Source: an uncultured Gemmatimonadaceae bacterium
Lineage (GTDB): Bacteria; Gemmatimonadota; Gemmatimonadetes; Gemmatimonadales; Gemmatimonadaceae
Length of the DNA stretch: 64,000 nt
Reading direction: 5' to 3'
NCBI GenBank assembly: GCA_963781585.1
Contig: CAWAGQ010000011.1
Span: forward strand, 288,001 to 352,000
The notes beneath the pieces are model-generated. The model was not told where the DNA came from and did no database searches. It saw only the letters and a program-made list of their open reading frames with translations. The stretch's first letter is position 1. Every line of letters starts with the position of its first letter. Below, in pieces: positions 50,355 through 62,291 of the stretch. A program made the translations under genes and the position numbers.

Positions 50355-52805
50355 ATGCTGGCCGTCGCCGCACTGTCACTCGCACTCCATGTCTCGGTCC
50401 AGGTCGGGGCCGGCGGCACGTCCGACAGCGCCAAGCGCGCCAACCGCGACTCCATTCGCGCTCTCATTCGGGAGCGGGAGTACGATCGCTCGCGCAGGCC
50501 GCCGGTGCGGATTCCCGTCACGCCCGAGCTCGAAGCCAGCGCCTTTCGCGACTCGCGCGCCAGGGACCTGTTGTTGAGTGCGCGGGCGGCGCGACTGCGG
50601 CAGGACTCAACGCTCCAGTCGTACGACGCCAACGCCTACCAGCGATTGTCGGTCGGGATCGGTCTTCGAGCCATCGGACGGGACCGGCTGTTCTTCCGCA
50701 CCGAAAACGCCACCCGCGTGCGCTGGTCGCGCGACGGCGGCGCCTGGATCGACGTCAAGGGAGAACGCAGCGTCGTGCCCGGCATCAAGGACGCCGACAC
50801 CGACGTCGACCTGAGCGATCTCGTCTCGCTGCCCTACTTCCCCGGACGCGAAGCGCTCTGGGTCGGCTCGAGCGCAACCGCGAGGCCCGAGGTTGACGAG
50901 CGGGAACTGGTCCACCCCATCGCGACGGGGTCCGAAGCGTACTACCGCTACTCGACCGGGGATTCCATCAAGTTCACTCTCCCCGATGGCAAGGTGATTC
51001 GCCTGCAGGAGCTGCGGGTCGAGCCGCGGCGGCCCGAGTGGAAGCTGTCGGTGGGATCGTTCTGGTTCGACGTCTCCTCGGGCCAACTCGTGCGCGCGGT
51101 GTACCGGTTGGCGGTGCCGATCGACATCTGGGCGGTGGCCAGCGACGAGGCGCGGCGCGACGCCGAGGAGGCCGTGGCGGCGGGGCGGAAGCCAAACAAG
51201 GACGATGATCCTCCCGGTTGGGTGAAGGGGCTGATCTCGCCACTCTCGGCCAATCTGGAAGTCGTGACGATCGAGTACGGACTCTACGGCACGCGCTTCT
51301 GGATGCCACGCACACAGTATGCGGAAGGCTGGGCCCGCGCGGGTTTCATGCGGATCCCGTTCAAGATCGAGGAATCGTTCAAGTACGCGAGCGTCAATGG
51401 CGGCGAGAGCATCCCGCCGGTTCCTCCGGCGCCGAAGACGTTGCGTGATTCGCTTTTCCCGGGCGACAGCACGCCGTGGCGCGACCTTGCCCCTGACGAG
51501 CGCCGTCGCCGGAACGCGGCCATCTCGGATGCGGCGGCCGAGCGCGCCAGGAATCGCGAGGCCGCGCGCAAGGACGAGTGCCAGACCACCGGCTCCTGGA
51601 CGCAGGTCATGGAACGCTACCAGGGCGCGGTACGGGTTGCCGTGCAGATTCCGTGCGACAGCCTCAAGCTGGCGACGTCTCCCGAGCTGCCGCCCTCGAT
51701 CTTCGATCCCGCGGACGAACTCTTCGGCGTGCACGAACGAGATGAGCTGGTCAAGGCGCTCGGGTTCTCGCTGCAGGCCGACTGGGCGCCGCAGCGTCCG
51801 GTGCTGCACTATGGCCTGGCGCTCACCCGGTACAACCGCGTCGAAGGCCTGTCCAGCGGGCTTGGTGTCACCTCGCAGCTTGGCCGTGGGTACACCCTCG
51901 ACGGCACCGCGCGCCTCGGGACCGGGGACTGGGAGCCTAACGCGGAACTGGGCGTGTCGAGATCGAACGGCCGCACCACCTGGCGGCTGGGTGGATACCG
52001 CCGCCTCGCGGTGGCCAGCGACTGGGGCAACCCCCTGTCGTTCGGGAGCAGCCTGACCGCGCTCCTGTTCGGACGCGACGACGGCTTCTACTACCGTGCC
52101 GCCGGCGCCCAGCTGGAACGATCGAGTACCGCCGGCGGCGGATTCTCCACGCGATTCTTCGCGGAATACGACACGCCCGCGCGTGTGACCACGCGATTCA
52201 ACCTGGCGCGCGCGTTCGGCTCGCCGACCGAATTCCGGGACAACGTCGACGCCGTCCGCGGAACGGCTCTTGGCACGGCGATACGCGACACGCGCAGCTT
52301 CGGACTGGATCCGGCGGGCTGGCGCGCGTTCACCGATCTGCGATTGGAGGGCGGGTGGTTCGCTCCGGCGCATTCGCAGGACGGTGCCGCGCATGCGTTC
52401 GCTCGCGCCGCCGCCGATGTCACCGTATCGCGCGGCCTCGGCGGCGCCCTGGCCGCGGCGCTCACCGTGGGCGGCGGCAACAGCGACCACGCACCCATCC
52501 AGCGCGCCTTCTTCCTTGGCGGAGCCCAGACGGTGCGCGGCCAGGTGCCGGGGACCGGGATCGGACAGGCATACTGGCTGTCGCGACTCGAACTGGGCAC
52601 CAGCGGCAGCGGCGCGCGGCGTGTGCTGTTCGGCGACCTCGGCTGGGCCGGTCCGCGCGCCATGTGGCAGCATCCCGGCCGGCCCATGAGCGGCGCCGGC
52701 GTCGGCCTCTCGTTCCTCGACGGCCTGGTTCGCGCCGATCTCTCACACGGCATCTATCCACGCAAGAAGCTGCGCTTCGATCTGTACCTGGAAGCACCCT
52801 TCTAG
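50355..52805 (+). CDS. Outer-membrane beta-barrel protein (Omp85/ShlB-like C-terminus), function unknown
   Basis: Signal peptide, 'RYNRVEGL', 'FFLGG..TVRG', amphipathic strands, terminal Phe. Confidence 0.7.
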   Translation: MLAVAALSLALHVSVQVGAGGTSDSAKRANRDSIRALIREREYDRSRRPPVRIPVTPELEASAFRDSRARDLLLSARAARLRQDSTLQSYDANAYQRLSVGIGLRAIGRDRLFFRTENATRVRWSRDGGAWIDVKGERSVVPGIKDADTDVDLSDLVSLPYFPGREALWVGSSATARPEVDERELVHPIATGSEAYYRYSTGDSIKFTLPDGKVIRLQELRVEPRRPEWKLSVGSFWFDVSSGQLVRAVYRLAVPIDIWAVASDEARRDAEEAVAAGRKPNKDDDPPGWVKGLISPLSANLEVVTIEYGLYGTRFWMPRTQYAEGWARAGFMRIPFKIEESFKYASVNGGESIPPVPPAPKTLRDSLFPGDSTPWRDLAPDERRRRNAAISDAAAERARNREAARKDECQTTGSWTQVMERYQGAVRVAVQIPCDSLKLATSPELPPSIFDPADELFGVHERDELVKALGFSLQADWAPQRPVLHYGLALTRYNRVEGLSSGLGVTSQLGRGYTLDGTARLGTGDWEPNAELGVSRSNGRTTWRLGGYRRLAVASDWGNPLSFGSSLTALLFGRDDGFYYRAAGAQLERSSTAGGGFSTRFFAEYDTPARVTTRFNLARAFGSPTEFRDNVDAVRGTALGTAIRDTRSFGLDPAGWRAFTDLRLEGGWFAPAHSQDGAAHAFARAAADVTVSRGLGGALAAALTVGGGNSDHAPIQRAFFLGGAQTVRGQVPGTGIGQAYWLSRLELGTSGSGARRVLFGDLGWAGPRAMWQHPGRPMSGAGVGLSFLDGLVRADLSHGIYPRKKLRFDLYLEAPF

Positions 52806-52930
52806 CAGGAAGCGGGACGAGGGATCCCGAAGGATGGCGCGGCCCCTGCGCCCCTCTGGCCGCACGCCCATCTCGTCACGCGATCCTCCCGGCTGCACAT
52901 TTCCGCATCCCACTTCGTGCGGAGGGCACC

Positions 52931-53248
52931 GTGTGGAAGGACTTCAAGGCATTCCTCATCAAGGACAACGTCGTTGGACTCGCGATCGCCGTCATCATCG
53001 GACTCGCGCTGAACTCGGTGGTCAAGTCGCTCGTCGATGACGTGCTCATGCCGGTGATCAATCTCGTCACGTCGTCGATGGGCGGCACGTGGCAGACGTG
53101 GAAGCTGTGGCTCACGTCCAACAAGACCGACGGTCCCGCGATCGGGGTGGGCAGCCTGCTGAGCAATCTCATCAACTTCGCGGTGATCGGGTTCGTCTGC
53201 TGGCGCATCAGCGTGATCTTCGTCCGTCCCGCCAAGGCGGCCGAGTAG
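52931..53248 (+). CDS. mscL: Large-conductance mechanosensitive channel, short form
   Basis: 'WKDFKAF....NVV.LAIAVIIG.....VVKSLVDDVLMP', 'G..L..LINF'; SD GGAGG and GTG 52931. Confidence 0.85.
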   Translation: MWKDFKAFLIKDNVVGLAIAVIIGLALNSVVKSLVDDVLMPVINLVTSSMGGTWQTWKLWLTSNKTDGPAIGVGSLLSNLINFAVIGFVCWRISVIFVRPAKAAE

Positions 53249-53274
53249 GAGCCTAACGCCGAAGCGGGACCCAT

Positions 53275-53295
53275 GCGGCGGCGCGCCGCCGCTTT
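53275..53295 (+). terminator. GC hairpin with short U tract after mscL
   Basis: Palindrome GCGGCGGCGCGCCGCCGC followed by TTT, between convergent genes. Confidence 0.5.
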
Positions 53296-53351
53296 CGGAC
53301 CGATGCGTCAGACCGGTTGATTCAGGGCGGCCGATTCAGGGCCGCCCGCGG

Positions 53352-54266
53352 TCACGCTGCCTCGATGCTTCCCTCGCAGACCAGCACACTCGATCCACCC
53401 ACGCGCACCGTGGTGACCGCACCCGCCTGCTTCTCCACCTCGATCTCGAGGAGGCTGGGCCGACCCATCTCGTAGCCCTGTTCCACCACCCACGCGAAGG
53501 TCCCCTGCGGCTCCTTCTTCCGTGCTCCGAGATAGCCGCCCAGCGCCGCGCATGCCGAGCCGGTCGCCGGATCCTCCGATACCGAGATGCCCGGCGCGAA
53601 CATCCGCGCCCGGATCTGGTGCCCCGGCTCCTCGGCATCCGGCGCGAAGACAAAGATCATCTCGCCGGGCGTGCCGGCGAGCCGCTGCTCCCATGGCTCT
53701 GTGCGAATGCGCGCGCGTCGCACGGCGTCGCGGTTCACGACCGGCACGAACGCGAAGGGGAGTCCGCATGAAACCACCTGCGGCTGGAAGTCGCCGCCCA
53801 CGAAGTCATCGTCGCGCAGCGAGAGGATCTGCGCCAGCTGTGACCGCTCAGGCAGCGGCGGCCCGACCTCCGGGCGCCTGGCGGCGGTGAGTTGCGAGAA
53901 GTAGGGCCGCCCTGCGCGCGATCGGATCAGCACCGGGACCGGGCCCACTCCCTCCTCCAGCACGATTCCGGTCTCGTCCCCGGCCAGGTCGATCTCGCCG
54001 ATCGATGCCAGCACGAACGCCGTGCCCACGGTCGGGTGACCGGCGAACGGCACTTCGCCACCCGGCGTGAAGATGCGCACCCGGCGCGTGTGCCCCGGGT
54101 CGGAGGGCGGCAGGACGAACGTCGTCTCCGAATAGTTGAACTCGCGCGCGATGGCCAGCATCAGCTCGTCGCTGAGTCCGGCGGCGTGAGGCAGCACCGC
54201 GAGCGGGTTCCCGCCGAAGCGCTTGGCGGTGAAGACGTCGGCGGTGAGATAGCGATAGGAAGTCAT
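53352..54266 (-). CDS. PhzF family isomerase
   Basis: 'DVFT...FGGNPLAV', 'EFNYSETTF', '[14 protein letters not shown]', 'EDPATGSA', 'QG.EMGRPS'; start ATG 54266. Confidence 0.93.
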   Translation of the reverse strand: MTSYRYLTADVFTAKRFGGNPLAVLPHAAGLSDELMLAIAREFNYSETTFVLPPSDPGHTRRVRIFTPGGEVPFAGHPTVGTAFVLASIGEIDLAGDETGIVLEEGVGPVPVLIRSRAGRPYFSQLTAARRPEVGPPLPERSQLAQILSLRDDDFVGGDFQPQVVSCGLPFAFVPVVNRDAVRRARIRTEPWEQRLAGTPGEMIFVFAPDAEEPGHQIRARMFAPGISVSEDPATGSACAALGGYLGARKKEPQGTFAWVVEQGYEMGRPSLLEIEVEKQAGAVTTVRVGGSSVLVCEGSIEAA

Positions 54267-54344
54267 GGCCTGGAACGGGGAGACGACTGAACACCCACCA
54301 CGCTCGCGGCACTTCACGCCGGCCGCGAGCGCCGCGCCCTCGCG

Positions 54345-56063
<1,719 letters not shown>

Positions 56064-56118
56064 GAAGGAACCTCTCCGCGGGCGACCTGAGGGATGAGTT
56101 GAAGACGTGAGTCCTGTC

Positions 56119-56146
56119 TTTGGCCTTTGGCCTTTGGCCTTTGGCC
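56119..56146. repeat. Heptamer family A array (TTTGGCC) x4
   Basis: Read directly; between divergent genes. Confidence 0.92.
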
Positions 56147-56269
56147 TAAGGTGGAATGATAGTCCGGCCGGAAACCATCGCCAACCGCGACCGGTCTATC
56201 GCGTCAACGGGGTCGGCTTCATAGCTTGCACTGCCACCCCCGGATCGCATCACTTCCTCCGGGCATCGC

Positions 56270-58882
56270 ATGCACACGACGGGACCCACCGTGACACCGC
56301 GCACGCTCGCCGGCGTCGCCGCGCCAATCGCGCTTCTGGTCATGCTCGCCTGCGGCGGAGGCGACAAAGCCGCCGGGCCGGGCGGTGTGAGCGTGGTCGA
56401 GATCACGTCGCCAGGCACGTCGCTGCAGGTTGGCGCCACGCTGGCGCTGACCGTGCGCTACTACGACGCCGCGCACACGCAACTCAGTGGGAAATCGGTC
56501 ACGTTCTCGTCGTCGAATACGGCGGTGGCGACGGTCAGCAGCGTGGGAGTGGTCAGCGGGGTGACCCCCGGCTCGGTCACGATCAGCGCCGACGTGGAGG
56601 GAACCGGCGGCACGATAACGCTGAGCGTGGTCCCGGTGCCGGTGGCGTCGATCGTCATCACGCCGGCCAAGCCCGCGGTGCGCGAAGGCGAGATGATCAC
56701 CCTCACCGGTCAGCCGGTGGATGTGGTAGGGCGACCGCTGTCCGGACACACGGTGAGCTGGTCGAGCGCCAACCCGGCGATGGCGACGGTGGACCCGTCG
56801 GGGGGCGTGGTGACCGGGATCACCCCGGGGTCGGTGTACATCCGCGCCGAGACCGAGGGGAGACGCGACAGCGTCAGCCTGCGGGTAAAGAGCCTGAACG
56901 CGCCGGTCATCACCGCCAGCGACCCGGCGCTGATCGTGCCCGGAATCACCGGCACCGTCACCGGGACCAATTTCGGCGCCACGCCTAACGACAACGAGGT
57001 CCTGGTCAACGGCGTGTCGGCCGTGGTCACCGCCGCCTCGCCCACCAGCGTGTCGTTCACCGTCCCGGCCGCCATCGCGCTGCCCTGTACCCCTACCGGC
57101 CCGGTTCCGGTATCGCTCGTCGCCAACGCCGATACCGCCACCGTGGCCATGGCGCTCCAGATGGCCACCCCCCGCACCCTGGCGCTGGGCGAGTCGCTCC
57201 TGCTCACCAGCCAGACGGATCTGTCCTGCAACGAGTTCGCGGCCACCGGTGGCCGCTACCTCATCACCGCCTTCAACTACGCGACCAACGGCGGCGTCCG
57301 CACCTCATTCGAGTTGCTCGGCGCCAGTACGGCTCCGGCGGCGATGCAACCGGCGGCGACAGGCGCGCGCCTCGACCCGCTGGCCACCACCGGCGCCCGC
57401 CTCGTCCTGCCGACCACGTCCGGCCTGCAGGCAGACGAGGATCCCCTCACCCGGCATCTGCGCGCGCACCTCGCCTTCAGGCAGCGGGATCAGGAGATGG
57501 CGCGGCGCCTGGGGAATCCGCGCCTGCGGGAGAGGATGCAACAGCGCGCGGCTCAGCCGAACGTGGCCTTCGCCGTGAATCCGCCGCCACCGGTGGGCAG
57601 CATGGTGACCTACCGCATGCCACGCACGCTCGGAAACTACGATACCTACGACAACGTACAATTTCGCGTGGTCTATGTGGGCTCCAGGATCATCATCTTC
57701 GAAGACGTGGGGGCGCCGCTCGCTCACACCATGGATTCCGAGTACCAGCGCATGGGCCAGGAATTCGACCAGGTGACCTGGCCGATCCTGCAGAACTTCG
57801 GCAATCCGCTCGTGGTGGACTCCGCGCTCGACAACAACGGCCACCTGATCGCGCTCTTCTCTCCACGCGTGAACAACTACACAGTCGCCGGTCTGTCCAA
57901 TCAGGTCCTCGGATACGTGACCCTCTGCGACTTCTTCACGCAGGCCGAGTGTGCCGCGAGCAACGAGGCCGAGGCGTTCTATGCGCTGGTCCCCAACCCC
58001 AACGGCGGCGGCTACTCGATCAGCACGTGGCGGCGATACATGCGCTCCACCCTGGCGCACGAGTCGAAGCACATCACGTCCTACGCCGAGCGGTATTACC
58101 GCGACGCCGACGTGAGCCAGCTCGAGGAAACCTGGCTCGAGGAGGCGACGGCGCAGGCATCGAGCGAGATCTGGGCGCGCCAGATGTATCACCACCAGGA
58201 ATTCGACGACATCGGCTGGGCCGATGGCCCGCTCTGCGACTACGCGCCCGACTCCGCCACCTGCCCCGATCCGGCCGAAGGGATCCTGCATCATTTCGGG
58301 TTTCTCTACGACCACTACGACGCCCTCGAGACCAAGTCGATTCTCGACGACCCCAACGGCGTCGAGGACCCGGTGATCTACGGGAGTTCGTGGTCGTTCG
58401 TGCGGTGGATCGCCGACACCTACGGCCCCGACGAGGGGACGTTCTTCCGCTCGATCGTGCAGGTGAAGAACGACCACGGCGTGCCGAACATCGAATCCAA
58501 GACGGGGCGGTCATTCTCGGAGCTGCTCGGGCTGTGGTCGCTGGCCTCGCTGGCCGACAACTATCCCGGTGGCACAATCAACGATCAGCGGCTGAAACTC
58601 CGCAGCTGGAACAGCCGTGACCTGTTCGCCGAAATGAGCGCCAACCTCACGTACGTCGGAGGCGGGACTCCCTTCCCCAAACCGTGGCCGCTGGCGGTGC
58701 GCGAGGTGAACTTCGGCACCTTCTCCACCAGTCAGCAGATGGTGTCGCAGCTGCGCGGGGGCGGCTTCGCGGCGTGGGACGTCTCCGGGGTGGAGGCGGC
58801 GCCCCAGGTACTGGCCATCCGCAACGTCAATGGCGGTCTTCCCCCGGCGTTGATCGGCATGGCGATCGTGCGGGTGCAATGA
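56270..58882 (+). CDS. Lipoprotein with 2 Big_2 domains, an IPT/TIG domain and a zincin (M30-like) metalloprotease domain
   Basis: Lipobox 'MLAC', two 'SS.N..VATV' Ig repeats, 'GTNF', 'TLAHESKH...E.TWLEE..A'. Confidence 0.75.
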   Translation: MHTTGPTVTPRTLAGVAAPIALLVMLACGGGDKAAGPGGVSVVEITSPGTSLQVGATLALTVRYYDAAHTQLSGKSVTFSSSNTAVATVSSVGVVSGVTPGSVTISADVEGTGGTITLSVVPVPVASIVITPAKPAVREGEMITLTGQPVDVVGRPLSGHTVSWSSANPAMATVDPSGGVVTGITPGSVYIRAETEGRRDSVSLRVKSLNAPVITASDPALIVPGITGTVTGTNFGATPNDNEVLVNGVSAVVTAASPTSVSFTVPAAIALPCTPTGPVPVSLVANADTATVAMALQMATPRTLALGESLLLTSQTDLSCNEFAATGGRYLITAFNYATNGGVRTSFELLGASTAPAAMQPAATGARLDPLATTGARLVLPTTSGLQADEDPLTRHLRAHLAFRQRDQEMARRLGNPRLRERMQQRAAQPNVAFAVNPPPPVGSMVTYRMPRTLGNYDTYDNVQFRVVYVGSRIIIFEDVGAPLAHTMDSEYQRMGQEFDQVTWPILQNFGNPLVVDSALDNNGHLIALFSPRVNNYTVAGLSNQVLGYVTLCDFFTQAECAASNEAEAFYALVPNPNGGGYSISTWRRYMRSTLAHESKHITSYAERYYRDADVSQLEETWLEEATAQASSEIWARQMYHHQEFDDIGWADGPLCDYAPDSATCPDPAEGILHHFGFLYDHYDALETKSILDDPNGVEDPVIYGSSWSFVRWIADTYGPDEGTFFRSIVQVKNDHGVPNIESKTGRSFSELLGLWSLASLADNYPGGTINDQRLKLRSWNSRDLFAEMSANLTYVGGGTPFPKPWPLAVREVNFGTFSTSQQMVSQLRGGGFAAWDVSGVEAAPQVLAIRNVNGGLPPALIGMAIVRVQ

Positions 58883-59493
58883 ACCAGACGCTGTCCGCCT
58901 CGCTTCGCTCCATTCCGCTGGCGCTCACCATCTTCCGGATCTGCTCGGCGCCGGTGCTGGTGGTACTGGCCGGCATGGGCAAGGATCGCTTCTTCCTGTG
59001 GCTCGCGGTCGCGGCGCTGCTGAGCGACGCGATCGATGGGACGATCGCGCGCCGCCTCGGTGCCGCGTCCGAGACCGGACGCCTGCTCGACAGCTGGGCC
59101 GATCTGCTGATCGCCCTGACCGCGTTCGTGGGCGCGACGCTGCTCTGGCCGGTGACGATGCGTCAGGAGGCGTACTTCTTCGCCCTCGCGCTGGCGGCGC
59201 TGGTGCTGCCTAACGCCTACGCGCTCGTCCGGTTCCGCCGGTTGCTGGGCTATCACACCATGTCGGCCAAGGCATCGGGGGTGCTGCTGAGCGTCGGTGC
59301 GGTGCTCATGTTCGTCGGCATCTCACCGCTCCTGTTCCGGGTTGCCGCCGTGCTCGAGGCGTGCGTCGCCTGCGAGTACGTCGTCATCTCCCTGCTGGTT
59401 CCGGAGTGGACGGGCGAGATCAAGTCGGTGTGGCACGCGTGGCGAATGCGGAGTGGTGCCGCACGCAGCTCTCAGCTGACGGCCGGCGGCTGA
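58879..59493 (+). CDS. CDP-alcohol phosphatidyltransferase family protein
   Basis: Signature 'DAIDGTIARR......GRLLDSWAD'; ATGA overlap with the upstream gene. Confidence 0.9.
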   Translation: MNQTLSASLRSIPLALTIFRICSAPVLVVLAGMGKDRFFLWLAVAALLSDAIDGTIARRLGAASETGRLLDSWADLLIALTAFVGATLLWPVTMRQEAYFFALALAALVLPNAYALVRFRRLLGYHTMSAKASGVLLSVGAVLMFVGISPLLFRVAAVLEACVACEYVVISLLVPEWTGEIKSVWHAWRMRSGAARSSQLTAGG

Positions 59494-59516
59494 CGGCTCT
59501 CGAGCAGAGCGGGCAG

Positions 59517-60404
59517 ATGCACTTCTTCGGCTCCCACACCAGCGCCGACGGCGGCATCCACATGGCCGTTCGCCGCGCGGCCAAGGCGGGCATGCGCGCC
59601 CTGCAGGTGTTCAGCGCCAAACCGCAGTTCTACGGCGACAATGTCACCGTGCGCGCGGAGCGCGCCGAGCGGTTCGCCAGCGCGGTGAACGAGGTGGGAC
59701 TCGACCGCCGGATGATCCTGGTGCACGCGGCCTACGTGATCAATGTCGCGTCACCCGAGCCCGACAAGTACGCACGCTCCCGGCACGGACTCGCCAAGGA
59801 GCTGGAGCGCACGACGACGCTCGGCGTACCGGGATTCTGCTTTCACCCGGGATCGGCCGGCGCCAGCGATCCCGCCGGCGCCCTCGAACGCATCGCCGGG
59901 GCCATCACCCATGCCATCGAGACGGTTCCCGGGTCGGCGCGAATCCTGATCGAAAACACCGCCGGTGCGGGGCGGACCATGGGGCGCACCGCCGAGGAGA
60001 TCGCGCGGATGATCTCGCTGGTCCCGGCGCACCTGCGCCATCGCACCGGCTATGGCCTGGACACCTGCCACCTCTTCGCGAGCGGCCACGACATCGCCGC
60101 CTCGGCGACCGCCCTGTCGGACGTTCTCGATCGCTTCACGGAGGCCGTCGGGGGCGCGCCCGCCTTCTTTCACCTCAATGATTCGGAAGGCGAGCTGGGC
60201 TCCAACCGCGACCGCCACGCGCTGATCGGCGAGGGACGCATCGGCGCCGAACCCTTCCGGTGGCTCCTTTCCGACGCGCGTTCGCAGGACGTTCCGCTGA
60301 TCCTGGAAACACCGCAGGCGCGTTCGCAGGTCGCCGACGACGACGAGTCGCCGGACGACAATGACGTGCGGATGCTTCGGGTGCTGGGGGAGATGGAGGG
60401 GTGA
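59517..60404 (+). CDS. nfo: Endonuclease IV (AP endonuclease)
   Basis: 'GSHTS..GG', 'HAAYVIN', 'HPGS', 'IENTAG', 'LDTCH', 'HLNDS......RDRH..IG.G', 'ILETP'; start ATG 59517. Confidence 0.93.
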   Translation: MHFFGSHTSADGGIHMAVRRAAKAGMRALQVFSAKPQFYGDNVTVRAERAERFASAVNEVGLDRRMILVHAAYVINVASPEPDKYARSRHGLAKELERTTTLGVPGFCFHPGSAGASDPAGALERIAGAITHAIETVPGSARILIENTAGAGRTMGRTAEEIARMISLVPAHLRHRTGYGLDTCHLFASGHDIAASATALSDVLDRFTEAVGGAPAFFHLNDSEGELGSNRDRHALIGEGRIGAEPFRWLLSDARSQDVPLILETPQARSQVADDDESPDDNDVRMLRVLGEMEG

Positions 60405-60410
60405 GTGGGT

Positions 60411-60520
60411 AGCTTTTCAGCGATCAGCGAACAAGTTGCGCGAGCAGGCGTCCAGCAACTGCTCGCTCTGCTTGATACCTGATGGCTGACGACAGAAAGT
60501 GACTAAAAAACTGATTACCG
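60411..60520. repeat. Degenerate heptamer family B (forward then reverse tract)
   Basis: cagcgat cagcgaa caagttg ... tgatacc tgatggc tgacgac. Confidence 0.5.
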
Positions 60521-60532
60521 AGTGGAGTCCCC

Positions 60533-62113
60533 ATGTCGCGACCGTCCCTCCCCCTGCTGTTTGCCCTGCTCACCTCCGTCGCGTCCACGGTCGCGGCCCA
60601 GCGGCGCGATGCCTTCGTGCTCCTGGTCGGCAATGACACGATCGCCGTCGAGCGATTCGTGCGATCGTCGACTCGGCTCGAGTCCGAATTGCTGTTCCGG
60701 GCCCAGAATGGACGCTTCACGTTCTCGGCGACCCTCAACCCCGACGGCACCGTCTCGCGGCTCGACAACGCCTATCGCAGCGCCGACGCGGACCGGACCG
60801 GTCCGCCCGCCCAGTCCGCCGTTTTCCACTTCGTCGGCGACAGCGCCATCGTCGACATCACGACCGGTGGACGCGTCGTGACCCAGCGCCTCAAGAGTGT
60901 CGAAGGTGCCATCCCGTTCATCAACCCGTCGTTCGCGCTCATGGAGCTCGTGCTGGCGCGCGCACGCCGGCTCGGCGGCGATAGCGTGGCCGTGCCCGCG
61001 TTCGCGGTGCAGGGCGGACAGGTCATCACCTTTACGGTGACCCATCTCGACGGCGATTCGGTGGCCATAGGGGCATCCAATGCGTCGATGCACGTCGCGG
61101 TGAACGCGGGTTCGGACATTCTCGGTGGCGTAGTAGCCGCACAGGGGCTCCGGATCGTCCGCGTGCGAAACGCCCCCGAGTCGGGGCTCACGGTGGCCCC
61201 GCGCGACTACTCCGCGCCGCCCGACGCTTCTTACACCGCCGAAGAGGTGGCTATCCCGACCACGGCCGGTTTCACGCTCGCGGGGACGCTCACCCTTCCG
61301 AAGGACGCCCCGCGGCCGCTGGCGGCCCTGGTGACGATCACTGGCAGCGGACTCCAGGATCGCGACGAGTCGCTCCCGATCGTAGCCGGCTACGGTCTCT
61401 TTCGGCAGATCGCGGACACACTCTCACGGCACGGGATCGCCGTGTTGCGGATGGACGATCGAGGGTATGGCGCCTCCGGCGGTAATGCCGCGCGCGCGAC
61501 ATCGGCCGACTTCGCCGACGACATCCGGTCGGCGCTCACCTACCTGCGCGGGCGCGCCGACATGGACGGGCGCCGCCTCGGACTCATCGGTCACAGCGAG
61601 GGAGGGATCATCGCGCCCATGATCGCCGCCACCGACGCGTCGCTGCGCGGCATCGTCATCATGGCGGGCCCGTCGTGGACAGGGCGCCGCATCATCCAGT
61701 ACCAGAACCGCTACCTCCTCGAGCAATCTCCCGACGTGGTGCCCGCGCAGCGTGATTCGCTTCTTGCCCTGTCCATGCACACCGTGGACTCGACCTCGGC
61801 GGGACAGCCGTGGATGCGGTATTTCCTCGCGTACGACCCGCTGGTCGCCGCGCGCAAGGTGCGCGTGCCGGTGCTCATTCTCCAGGGGGCGACGGATCGC
61901 CAGGTCACCGCCGAGCAGGCCCCGGAGCTGGCGGCCGCCATCCGGTCCGGCGGAAACAGCGACGTCACGCTCCAGGTCTTCCCGAACACGGATCATCTCT
62001 TCCTCGCCGATTCCACCGGGAATCCGCTGGAATACGCCAGGCTCGACACGCACACCGTCCGGAGCGAGGTTCTGGGCGCGGTGGTGACCTGGGTGCAGAA
62101 GCACTTTCGCTGA
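60533..62113 (+). CDS. Secreted alpha/beta hydrolase
   Basis: Signal peptide, 'LAGTLTLP', 'GSG.QDRD', 'DDRG.G.S', nucleophile 'GHSEGG', 'QG..D.QV', 'HLF'. Confidence 0.88.
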   Translation: MSRPSLPLLFALLTSVASTVAAQRRDAFVLLVGNDTIAVERFVRSSTRLESELLFRAQNGRFTFSATLNPDGTVSRLDNAYRSADADRTGPPAQSAVFHFVGDSAIVDITTGGRVVTQRLKSVEGAIPFINPSFALMELVLARARRLGGDSVAVPAFAVQGGQVITFTVTHLDGDSVAIGASNASMHVAVNAGSDILGGVVAAQGLRIVRVRNAPESGLTVAPRDYSAPPDASYTAEEVAIPTTAGFTLAGTLTLPKDAPRPLAALVTITGSGLQDRDESLPIVAGYGLFRQIADTLSRHGIAVLRMDDRGYGASGGNAARATSADFADDIRSALTYLRGRADMDGRRLGLIGHSEGGIIAPMIAATDASLRGIVIMAGPSWTGRRIIQYQNRYLLEQSPDVVPAQRDSLLALSMHTVDSTSAGQPWMRYFLAYDPLVAARKVRVPVLILQGATDRQVTAEQAPELAAAIRSGGNSDVTLQVFPNTDHLFLADSTGNPLEYARLDTHTVRSEVLGAVVTWVQKHFR

Positions 62114-62291
62114 GCGGGCGGCGCCTCCCGATGGCGAAGGCGACTGTGCGATGCGTATCGCGCATCGCGTTTTCCCGGGAGAAACACACATCTCCCTATT
62201 GCGCGTACCCAAGGCGATCTTAGTTTTGGCCCGTCGGAAGGTACCGTCCTCAGAGAGAATTCGCTTCGACCATATCACCAGGAGACAACCG

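Noticed and set aside
53352..54266. PhzF as evidence of phenazine biosynthesis
   Set aside because: No other phz genes; stand-alone PhzF-like isomerases are widespread
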